NCBI RefSeq assembly: GCF_018350175.1
Contig: NC_058383.1
Coordinates: 16,308,001 to 16,372,000 of the forward strand
Direction of reading: 5' to 3'
Length of the DNA: 64,000 nt
DNA from: Felis catus
Taxonomy: Eukaryota
A program made the translations under genes and the position numbers. How positions within the stretch are numbered: position 1 is the first letter of the stretch; each line of letters begins with the position of its first letter. This document shows positions 53,945 to 64,000 of this stretch, in pieces. Under the pieces are notes generated by a model that saw only the letters and a list, made by a program, of their open reading frames with translations, was not told where the DNA came from and ran no database searches.

Positions 53945-56900
53945 GGGGGACCGGTCTGTTTCTCTTTTGGCCCTATGAGCCATGGTTGAAATGAAAGTAG
54001 GCAGCTGAACAATAACTTTCATGGTTGACACTGGGACTAAACACTTGGTTGTTACTTCCCCGGTAGCCCCTTTCAGCCAAAAGACAGCAACCATACTTGG
54101 AGCTACTGGGACATGGGTGATACAAGAGCTCTTCTGTCAAGCTCAACAATGTGAACTTGGGGGTCACAAGGTCTGGCATGATTTCCTCTACTTACCTGAC
54201 TGCCTGATTCCTCTCCTGGGCCAAGATCTGCTCTCCAAACTTGGGGCCAGATAACTTTTGAACCCACTGGACACACTAGCCTCCAATCAAACCCAAGGCA
54301 GAAGGAAACCCTGGTCTTGGTGATTACCCTGCCAAGGGAAGAAGAATGGAGACTATTCTGTGCCCAGGCCCTACCCTGTAACCCCTCAGAATTCAGGCTT
54401 ACATTCCCCTCTGTATGGGCTGAAGATAATGCACTTGGACTAGCTTGGAGTCGGGCCCCCATCATTGTTGACCTGATCCCTGGAGCCCAAGCTCAGAGAC
54501 AAAGGCAGAACCCCTTTCACTCGAGGCTAGAATGGGTACACAAGAGTACCTGACCAAGCTCAGAGAGGAAGGTATTCCAATTGAGTGCCAATCAGCTTGG
54601 AATACCCCGCTCTTGCCAGTCAAGAAGCCAGGAGGAGGATACAGACCAGTACAGGATTTGAGGACCATTAACAAAGTGACTGTTTCCTTACACCCAGTGG
54701 TTCTGAACCCATGTACTCTCCTCAGCCAAATTCCAGGGTCAGCCAGATGGTTTACATGCCTCAACCTAAATGATGCTTTCTTCTGCCTCTGCCTGGCTCC
54801 TCAAAGTCAACCACTGTTTGCCTTTGAATGGACTGAGCCCGTTACAGGGTGCCAGATGCAGCTGACCTGGATATGACTTCCCCAAGGCTTCAAGAACTCA
54901 CCCACTTTTTTGGGGGAAGCATTAGCTGCAGACCTCACCACCTTTCCAAGGGAAACCAGAGGGTGTGTCCTCCTCCAATATGTAGGTGACCTCCTCCTTG
55001 CCAGCGACACCCAAGAAGGCTGTATGAAAGGTACCAAGGCCCTCCTGCAGCTCCTATCCTACTTGGGGTACCGGGCCTCTTGTAAAAAGGCACAGATTTG
55101 CCAGCAGCAGGTCCAATACTTAGGCTTCCTCCTCACAAAAGGAAAAAGAAAACTAGGACTGGAAAGGAAGAAGGTTATCACCACACTGCCACAGCCCCAA
55201 ACAAAATGAGGCTTGTGTGAATTTTTAGGGGCTGCAGGGTTCTGTCGCATTCGGATCCCTGGATTCTCAACCATAGCGAGGCCCCTCTATGACCTGTTGG
55301 GAGGGCCAGACTGGGAGCCCCTCACATGAACTGACAAGGCAAGGGCCGCTTTCACAGAAATAAAGTTGGCTCTGGGACGAGCCCCAGCCCTGGGCTTGCC
55401 CGACACAGAAAAGCCCTTTAACCTCTTCGTACATGAAAAGGACAAAATAGCCCTTGGAGTGCTCACTCAGAGCATGGGGCCTTGGCAATGGCCAGTGGCC
55501 TAACTGTCAAACAAAACTTGATCCTGTGGCTGCAGGATGGCCACTGTGCCTCAGAGCACTGGCAGCCACAGTCCTGCTCATCAAGGAGGCAGACAAACTC
55601 ACACTGGGACAAACACTTAATGTTAAGGTCCCACACTCGGTCATGTCCCTCATGAGTACCCAAGGATATCATTTCCTCTCCAATTCTCAGCTGACATAAT
55701 ACCAAGGCCTTCTCTATGAAAACCCAAGGGTCACTCTCAAAACAGTAAGAACACTAAACATGGCCACCTTCTTTCCCACGGAAGAGGGAGAACATGACCA
55801 TGACTGTTCCGAAGTAGTGGATGAAGTCTACGCCAGCCGCCTGGACCTCCAAGACCAGGCTGTAACAAACCCAGAGATCACCCTGTTCAGCAATGGGAGC
55901 AGCTATTTACAAGAGGACAGCCAAAGAGCAGGATATGAAGTAACCACAACCAGCGAAGTTCTGGATGCCGAGGCTTTGCCGGAAAGATGGTCGGCACAAT
56001 GAGCTGAACTGTAAGCCTTAAACCCCAGCCCTCATCCTTAGCAAAGGTAAATGAGTTAACATCTACACAGTATGCCTTCGCTACTGTGCATGTACACGGG
56101 GCCATCTATAAAGAAAAAAGACCTCCTTACTGCAGGGAAAGCTGCAGGGAAAACTATCAAAAACAAGGAAGAAATACTAAAGCTTCTTGAGGCTGTTTGG
56201 CTCCCAGACAAGGTAGCTATCCTACACTGTAAGGGACACCAGAAAGGAGATGACCCCATATCTCAAGGAAATTGCCTGGCCGACAAAACAGCCAGAGCAG
56301 CTGCCTGTGGTGACCTAGGTGAAGCTCCTCCCTACACTATGACTCTTGCACCCCAGAGGGAAGCCTCCCCGCCCCTGTACACAAATGAGGAAAGAAGTTG
56401 GGCCTCGACAGAAGGGGGAACATTAAGCAAAGAGGGATGGTGGGTCATGCCAAATGGGCACATCTTTGTCCCTTTGTCTATGGGAAAACACCTAGTGAAG
56501 GAATATCACCAACTCACGCACCTAGGGAAAACTGCACCAGAGGCCCTCCTCAAAAAGAACTACTATATCAGCCAGCTGCTGTCATTATGCCGAGCTGTCA
56601 GTGAATGATATGTAATGTGTGCCAAAAACAATGCTTGGTCTGCCTCACGGCCCCCGCCTGGCACACAAAGGAGGGAGGCCACCCCTTTCGAAGATTTAGA
56701 GGTGGACTTTACCGACATACAACCAAATAAAGGATTCAGGTACCTTCTTGTAATCATCTGCACATATTCAGGATGGGTCGAAGCATTCCTGATCAGAATA
56801 GAATGAAGTTGCGAGGTGGCCAAAGCTCTTCTACGGGAGATTGTGCCTCGGTTTGGTCTACCTTCAACCATACACAGTGATAATGGACCTGCGTTTGTGG

Positions 56901-57530
56901 CAGACATTATACAAACCCTGACAAAGTCCCTTAGCATTACCTGGAAACTGCACACTGCTTACCAACCCCAGAGCTCAGGGAAAGTACAGCAGATGAATTG
57001 AACCCTCAAGGAAACCCTGGCTAAGTTCCACCAAGAGACTAATTGTCCATGGCCAGATTTACTACCGCTGGCCCTCTTGCATGCCCGATGCATGCCTGGG
57101 GCACTAGGATTCTCCCCTTTTGAGTTATTATATTGGTGACTCCCCATGTTTAGGAAAACTCTCAGGAGACCTACACCAGATTGGAGACAAGGAAATAAGA
57201 GAACAGCTCCAGACCTTGGGGGTAGTCCTAAACAAGTTACAGAGATACACCATAGAGAGGGCCCCAATTTCCTTAGGGACTCTTGTTCACCCCTTTCTGC
57301 CAGGAGACTCTGTGTGGGTCAAAGATTGGAAGAGGGAATGTCTTAAACCACGGTGGACTGGGCCTCATACTGTTATTCTAACAACTCCTACAGCCCTTAA
57401 AGTTTCAGGTATTACCCCCATGGGTCCATCAATACAGAGTTAAGAAGGCCAGCTCAGAAGAACCCACAACTTGGCGAAGTGATCCAGATCCAGTCAACCC
57501 ACTTAAACTGACCCTCAAAAGGGACACTGG
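53945..57530 (+). pseudogene. pol: ERV pro-pol (protease, RT, RNase H, integrase), disrupted
   Basis: Protease VDTG; RT WNTPLLPVKKP..YRPVQDLR, LPQGFKNSPT and LQYVGDLLL (YVDD mutated); RNase H HCKGHQK; integrase EVDFTD, SDNGPAF, PQSSGKV and WTGPHTV. Confidence 0.92.
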
Positions 57531-57685
57531 CCCCTGAGACCTCCAGCCCTGCTCCAGCCACACCCTGGCTGTCCTGCGCACAGCAGAAGCTTGAGGAATC
57601 AACATGTGAACCTAGCCCAGGGGTTTGGATGCAACTCTGCCAGCCCTTGCCCCTTACTGGTGTCATAGCACTAATCTTACATCTT

Positions 57686-57896
57686 TTAAAAATTATTTTT
57701 TTTTACATTTATTTATTTTTGAGACAGAGCACAAGTGGGGGAGAGGCAGAGAGAGAAGGAGACACAGAATCCGAAGCTGGCTCCAGGCTCTGAGCTGCCA
57801 GCACAGAGCCCGATGCGGGGCTTGAACTCATGAACTTTGAGATCGTGGCCTGAGCTGAAGTTGGACGGTCAACCGACTGAGCCACCCAGGCGCCAC
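57686..57896 (-). mobile_element. Felid SINE inserted between pol and env
   Basis: TSD ctaatcttac(a/t)tctt at 57671-57685 and 57897-57911. Confidence 0.92.
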
Positions 57897-57949
57897 CTAA
57901 TCTTACTTCTTACTGTTGGGCTGATAGAGACTGCACCAACAAGCTGGAC

Positions 57950-59443
57950 ATGAGACAAAAGATGCATGCTGGGTCTCACATACCTCCTCTGGATGGGAGG
58001 ATTATTAAGTATTGCCTGCATATTATGATAACCTCTCTCACCCTCTCAACTGTTGCTTACCCACTTTGCTCCCAGGATTGTTATGTGACAATAAAGGGGT
58101 CAAGGGCGTTCAGTGCCTTCACCTCCCTCCACAAAGATTGCTACAAGGGAGAAACACTCTCTGTCAGTCACCCGGTGCCCCAAGGACTAAGTATTGGACC
58201 ACAGAGATAACCCAAAATGTCAGGAACCCATGTCACAACAAGGGCCTCCAGAGAGGGAGGCTTGCTACCTTACCTTACCTTCCTCAATGAGGGATCTCGG
58301 ACGGGGGAGGTATGAAAGACACAGCCCTTCAAAAGCTTATAAAGGATACCCAGGATAGGGTAATATAAGCCATAAAGGTGACCATTCCCCCAGCAGCCTA
58401 CCAGGGTTTGAACCTTTCAGCCTTCAATCAGATGTTTACCAATTCCCCACTCCAGTGTTGGACTAACACTACTCTACAAGTCCTCCATAAAATAGATAAT
58501 CACACCCAAACCTGCTGGATGTGTTTGCCCCTCAGCAGAAGGGCTTACTTAGCCACTCCTATCCATTTGACTTGTGAGGCTTCTGAAAATCTCAAAACCA
58601 ACACTTCTGTCTTAATTGGACCCCTGGTCCCTGGGATCCGTCTCACAAATGCTGACAATCTAATCTGTACAGTCCCTGAAGGTATGAATGGTAACTCTCT
58701 ATACAGAAGAAATATAACCTTAAAGAGGAATACAACCCTATGTTCAACCCCTGGGTTGTTCTATGTTCTAATTCAGCCTACCAATTGCTTAGAGGCCAAC
58801 TGGACTCAGATATGTTATTCTGTCTTCCTAACCCCAGAGATATCCATATACACTGAAGATCAGTTCCTAACAGCCTTTAGCCCCAAGTCCTGCTCATTCT
58901 GATAGGAGCAGGAATTGAGACAGGAATAGGGACTGGAATAGGGGGCACAGGTTCATCCGTAGGACTGTACCATAGACTATCTCAAGAGCTGAATGAAGAC
59001 ATGGAACAGGTGGCAGATTCTCTGGTAACCTTACAAAGCCAAATAAACTCTCTGGCAGCAGTGACCCTCCAAAATAGGAAAGCCCTCAACCTCCTCACTT
59101 CAGAAAAAGGAGGGAATTGCATCTTTCTGGGGGAGGAATGTTGCTATTTCATAAATCAGTCAGGAATAGTTACAACTAAGGTTAAGGAGCTCAAGGAAAG
59201 AATTCAACATAGACAACAGGAAAATATCAATCAATGGAAAGGATGGGATCTCACGGATTGGGCATCCTGGCTTTCTGCCCTGATGGGGCCTCTCCTCTCC
59301 ATAATTTTACTTATATCCATTGCCCCCTGTATACTGAATGCCATGATACATTTTATTGAAAACACTGTTGCTTGCCAAACTACTGCCCATATCTTAGCCT
59401 TCTGAGAGTACCAACCTGTAAAACTGAAAGGTGATGCCTACTA
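57950..59443 (+). pseudogene. env: ERV env, gamma-type, RDR/syncytin-1-like, disrupted
   Basis: Signal-like MITSLTLSTVAYP; SDGGGMKD at 58297-58320; CWMC (CXXC); fusion peptide LIGAGI.TGIGTGIGG; immunosuppressive domain LQNRKALNLLTSEKGG; CX6CC (CIFLGEECC); membrane anchor. Stops at 58288 and 58366, frameshift near 58890. Confidence 0.92.
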
Positions 59444-59475
59444 AAAATTTTTTTAAAAGGCATCAAAAGGGGGAA

Positions 59476-59790
59476 TGTTGGAGAAGTGGATAAAGTACAC
59501 CAAAGATGGCTGATTGGACTAAAACAAACTCTGGTCTCTAGCTTAGAGACCCCTCCTCTGGGTTCTTCCTTTGTTTGCTGCAGCATGAAAACCAACCCTC
59601 CCTCCCCCAACACACACACAAATATGGAGGCTGATAACTATAAATTACCCTTCCTGCTCGCATTTGGGGCTCAGATCTTCGGAGAAACGGTCTCCTCTGA
59701 GCCCGCCGGTGTTAAATAAATCTCCAATCCACCAAGGTCTCCAAGTGTCATTTGGTTTTTCTGCCAGCGTTCCAGCCTGATTCTGTAACA
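59476..59790 (+). repeat. 3' LTR (315 bp), preceded by a polypurine tract
   Basis: PPT aaaagggggaa at 59465-59475, then TGTTGGAGAA...TGTAACA. Confidence 0.93.
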
Positions 59791-60469
59791 AACTGACTGA
59801 GCCACTCAAGCGCCCCTTCTCCACCTAGTTGTAAGTTACTATTTTCTATCATCTACAATGTGGTAGTAGCTTCCTAAGTGGTTCTCTCCCCCTTCCTTTC
59901 TTGCCTGTCAAAAATTCATTTGTTATATAGCACACATCTGGGTGATCTTTAAAGTGGAATTCAGCTAATTATTATGTTACTATCCTGCTTAAATTCCCCC
60001 AAGGCTTTCTACCTCATTTAGAATAAAACCCAAACTTTTCTTGCATAAGAAAGTCCTGCATACTTAGGCCATGTATACTTCTCCAAGCTTATCTCAAGTC
60101 ATTCCCTCCCTCCACTCCAACAATGGTGGCCTTCTTTTAACTTCTCAAATATACCCATAGCTTTTACACATGATGTTAAATGCTCTTTTTCACTTACTTC
60201 TTTTAACACTTGTATAACCTTTACATTTCACCTTAAATTTCACTTCCCCAGAGAGTTTTTTCTTGATTCCCTAACGCACATTCACAGCCTCTTATTCTTA
60301 TTTTGTATAATAAACACCTCAATTTGCAAGTGAGTGGACGTTTCTGTTAGACTCTAAGCAACTTGGATTTAGGAACGTCTATTTTGCTTACTGATGTATA
60401 TCTGATGCCAAGCACAATTTCTGGTACATAGTAGCTGCTCAAAAAATACTTGATGAATTAACCATCTTT

Positions 60470-60496
60470 CTTTTTTCTTTTTTAAGTTTATTTGGA

Positions 60497-60528
<32 letters not shown>

Positions 60529-60687
60529 AAGCGAGCGCTAGCAGGGGAGGGGCAGAGACAGAATCCCAAGCAGGCTGTCCTGACAGCGCAGAACCCAACA
60601 CAGGGCTCAATCTCATGAATCATGAGATCATGACCTGAGCTGAAATCAGGAGTCTGTCACTTAAGTGACTGAGCCACCCAGGTGCTT
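60470..60687 (-). mobile_element. Felid SINE
   Basis: SINE reverse complement ending gagccacccaggtgc. Confidence 0.88.
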
Positions 60688-61244
60688 CTGAATCATCTTC
60701 TTTCTTAACATAATAAGTGGTTCTGGAAAATTAAAACAAACTTCTTTGGCTAGAATGCCAAGAAGCAGATATGTCACCTTAGTTCTTGATGTCTTTCTAT
60801 TCCTGTCTGTGGGGAGCCTTATAATTAAGAATAAACCTAATAAATCTATTCCCTGCAACCCAAAGATTCCCAAAGCACTAATGTACCAAATAAATGCTCA
60901 GCTCCAGCTGCCAGTCTTCTTATTGTCCCTGCTCTTGCACAAGTTTTATTTCCTGTCTGCAGTGCTCCTGTCTACTTTAGTCCCCAAATTCTACCCAATA
61001 TCAGCACAAATTCAAACTCCATCTTCTTCATGAAGTCTACCCTCATCATTCTGGTCTCAAACAGATTTCTCCCTTCTCTGAGTACCTGGTGTATTTTGTT
61101 GCATTCTACACTCATAGGAGCATCCAACATTACACTTTTTTAAGTGCTGTATGGTGTAGACCTGTAAAAATCTCCTCCAATGAATTTATTGGCTACCTAC
61201 AGATAATGATTATTTCATATAATTTGGGACAAGAGAAGTCCTCC

Positions 61245-61690
61245 TGTTGAGGGAAACAAAGACAAGAAAAATGTAGTTTAAATTAAATCCCCTTACAGCT
61301 TGCAGACCACTGATAGATACCAGAGACCTGTAGTGTGTAACATTCCTCAAGGAGTTTGTGGCTGCCTTAATGCATTAATGTTTACATTTCATTACAATCT
61401 AAAAGCAACCTTATCTTGACAATAGCTAAGTCTTCAGGGTCCAGTAAGACCCTGCTTTCACCATACAGAAATTCCTTAGAAACTAATTTTTTCTTCATCT
61501 AACCCTGCTCCCTCCACAAACTTAAAAGTATATAATCAGTTGCTCCTCCCAATCCCAGTGCAGCTCTTTCTGCCCATGGGTCCTGTCCTCGTGCTTAAAT
61601 AAAATCACCTTTTTGCACCAAAAAAAAAAAAAAAGTCTTGAGAATTCTTTCTTAGCCATTTGTTCATGAACCCCACTTCAAATTTCATCA
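61245..61690 (+). mobile_element. Solo LTR (446 bp), ERV1-type
   Basis: TG...CA termini with perfect 4-bp TSD ctcc (61241-61244 and 61691-61694). TATATAA at 61529 and AATAAA at 61598. Confidence 0.85.
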
Positions 61691-62584
61691 CTCCTATCTG
61701 AATTAATTGATACTGGTAGCTGGTGTGTTAAGCTAAAAAGCTGTTAAAGTTGAGATCCATAAAAGATATCTTAAACATTTTCATTTGAAATTATAAATGT
61801 ATATTCATTTGCTCATCTTTTGATGCAAATCTAAGCCTCTTCTATGAGAGTGATTTTAATGATTGAGTGCCCATACCCATAATACATCAGTTTTTGTTTC
61901 ATTAAAGTGGAACAAGCAAGTGACACTTGGGAAATTATACAAGTGTAGAATCCTCTGAGATTTTTATAATTTTACTTCAGTGTTTTACAGTTTTCTCACA
62001 CATAATTTGATAGCAATTTAAAAAAAAGTGGCATTTATAAGGTCTTTCCAAAGCATTCAACTAGTTTTCATAGAAACAACTCCTTGTTATAGTTACACCT
62101 TATCAGTTTACATAATACTTAAATTATGGAATAGTAACAACAGGCTTAAACAGATTTTGTAAGAGATACAAGAGATTCTTGATAAACACTGTCTTGTGGC
62201 AGATGTCCTCAGGTATATTTAATAATGTCATTAGCTCCAAGAAGTCATACTTGGGCATCGTTCATTGTTTACAGAGAGAATGACAAGTGTTGTTTAAAGT
62301 CTGGTGAGCTGTTTAAGTAAAGGGTGATTAAAAGACAGTCAATGGCTTCTTTTGTTTCCTTTAAAACATCTAGGACAGACATGAGCCCATGATCTTGTAA
62401 AAATGCTGGAAGGAGAGAAGAGTTATAAAGGATATATAAGGCAAACGGGAAACATCTTACAGAGATTATCATTTGCCATAAAAGTCTAAAGGGCTCTGGA
62501 TTCACAACTGAGAACTGAAAAATAAAAGTGCCCACATTCTTAGAACTATAACAGCATTTCCGAGGAGAATAAAAGTGAACTTAC

Positions 62585-62671
62585 CTGAGACCTGACTACC
62601 TGTGATTCATCATTCATTTCCTTCTCTTCCATGTTCCCTCTTTGGGAAAGTATAACATTCTGAGAGTGCAT
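62585..62671 (-). CDS. ZNF713: ZNF713 first coding exon (exon 62585-62673), MHSQNVILSQRGNMEEKEMNDESQVVRSQ
   Basis: Acceptor ctttttcttag| at 62674, in-frame ATGs at 62671 and 62632, donor CAG|gtaagt in phase 0 matching KRAB-A. Matches the recalled human ZNF713 N-terminus MEEEEMNDGSQMVRSQ. Confidence 0.9.
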
Positions 62672-63322
62672 AACTAAGAAAAAGAGCAAAGAAGCATCTG
62701 GTCAATACGTGATAACACTGAAACTAACTCTTAGAGTTTTTGCTTTGTGTTAGGATGGCAGTTTAGAGAGAAGCCCTCTAAGACATAAGCTCAAAGGCTG
62801 GATAACTTAACCATGACACTCTTGTTCTTCCAACATACTGAGGAATTCAGTGTAGGACTTTCTCTTATTGTGGCATATGGGAAGCTCAAGGAAGTTCAGT
62901 GATTTTCAGCCCTGGCTACACACTTGGGGGATGTTCTGAAAATGCAAATGCTAAGATTTGGATAAATCCAGTATTATACAAATTGGTCTACGATGACCAT
63001 GGGCAACAGCATTTTAAATTCTAAAGTCTCCAGGTGACTTCTAAGTAAGGAGATGAAAACCACTGATATGAGCTGATAGAGAAAACATATGTTGAGAGCC
63101 TGATCTTATTTTTAAGGGGATACACTCATCCTCAAACTCAAACTCCAGAGATCTTCTCTCCTTTACTCTCTTTAAGCTGATCTTCCTGGGCCATCTTGAT
63201 CTTGGGGTTGTGAGTTAGAGCCCCATGTTGGGTGAAGAGATTACTTAAAAAGAAAATCTTTAAAGATGATTTTTCTAATACACAAAGGAGATTTCACTCT
63301 TCTCATTTTTCAAAATGTTCAC

Positions 63323-63839
63323 CTTCCTGTTTGAGTACGTGGATTCAGTCCTCCACCAGGATTACTACACCTCTCTGCAGTTCTTAAGTTATAATGCCAT
63401 CAAAGCTTTGCTTTCTTCTAGAAGGACAGTCAGGAGATACACCAGTACTAACAGCTTCAGTGTCCTTGTCAGTCCCTGAAAGCTGATTTTCCAATGCCTT
63501 ATGGAAAACAATCACTCACTCCCAGGTATTAAAGGTGCTTCATCTCTGATGAGAACCTCAGGAGCCAATGGCTATCCACAAGAATGACTTCTCAGGGCAG
63601 CCACTCTCAGAATCTTGCCTTGTTCATGCAAGGTTGACGTGTGGGGGTTCCTCAAAGCGGCTATTACTTTTTCCCCCTAAAGGCATCAGTCCTTCATGAA
63701 CAGACTTCACTATGATACTCAAATCTCCCTTCTGACAGGAATCTTGTGAGATACTATATCAGGTGTAGCACATGTAATGAGATGCACCAGTCTTGCAAAA
63801 GAAGTCCAGCAGTCTCAGTCACTTAGTGACCTAGAGAGT
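63323..63839 (-). pseudogene. Candidate 5' UTR exon of ZNF713 containing a decayed SCAN domain (63323-63562)
   Basis: Acceptor gtttctttacag| at 63840 and donor GAAG|gtgaac at 63322. With frameshifts it reads PE.SHQR.KHL*YLGVS..HKAL.NQL../TLKLLVLVYLLTVLLEESKAL..KNCRE..VILVED*IHVLKQE. Confidence 0.68.
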
Positions 63840-64000
63840 CTGTAAAGAAACATACAAACTATCTGTTCATACTTCACAGTATGGTGTGGAATTTTTAAAA
63901 ACAATCAAAAAGCATTTCTAGAATTTCTCAGATTCACACATTACAAAAAGCAGATATATACATATCCATCAACCAAAAACAAACTTTAGCTTTAGTTCTT

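Larger units (their letters stand above)
51340..59790 (+). mobile_element. Defective full-structure class I (gamma-like) endogenous retrovirus, antisense within a ZNF713 intron
   Basis: LTR-PBS-gag-pro-pol-env-PPT-LTR are all present in order, with multiple stops and frameshifts in each gene. Confidence 0.95.

Noticed and set aside
57950..59443. Intact syncytin-like captured env gene
   Set aside because: SU has in-frame stops (58288, 58366), there are frameshifts, and no furin site is visible, so it cannot encode a full Env.

Overview
Mammalian, almost certainly felid (cat-type tRNA-derived SINEC_Fc SINEs and L1s), repeat-dense genomic DNA. The single host gene is a minus-strand KRAB zinc-finger gene that I recognise as ZNF713. 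It has four coding exons (62585-62671, 41598-41724, 41168-41260, 30747-31804), all with canonical GT-AG sites and matching phases, giving 454 aa from the first ATG or 441 aa from the second. A candidate upstream exon (63323-63839) holds a decayed SCAN domain whose splice phase still fits the first coding exon, which suggests a former SCAN-KRAB-ZF gene. The intron between the first coding exon and the KRAB-A exon contains a near-complete but defective class I provirus on the + strand (51340-59790). It has a tRNA-Glu-like PBS, HERV-E-like gag/pol, an RDR/syncytin-1-type env with an SDGGGxxD motif, a candidate small two-helix ORF before env, and flanks with no target-site duplication. The same intron also holds a solo LTR. 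The left 22 kb is nested L1/SINE/ERV debris, including an inverted duplication marking a local inversion, an inverted L1 junction, a near full-length old L1 and an older ERV1 internal region split by a solo LTR. Family names and protein similarities come from recall and need RepeatMasker/BLAST confirmation.
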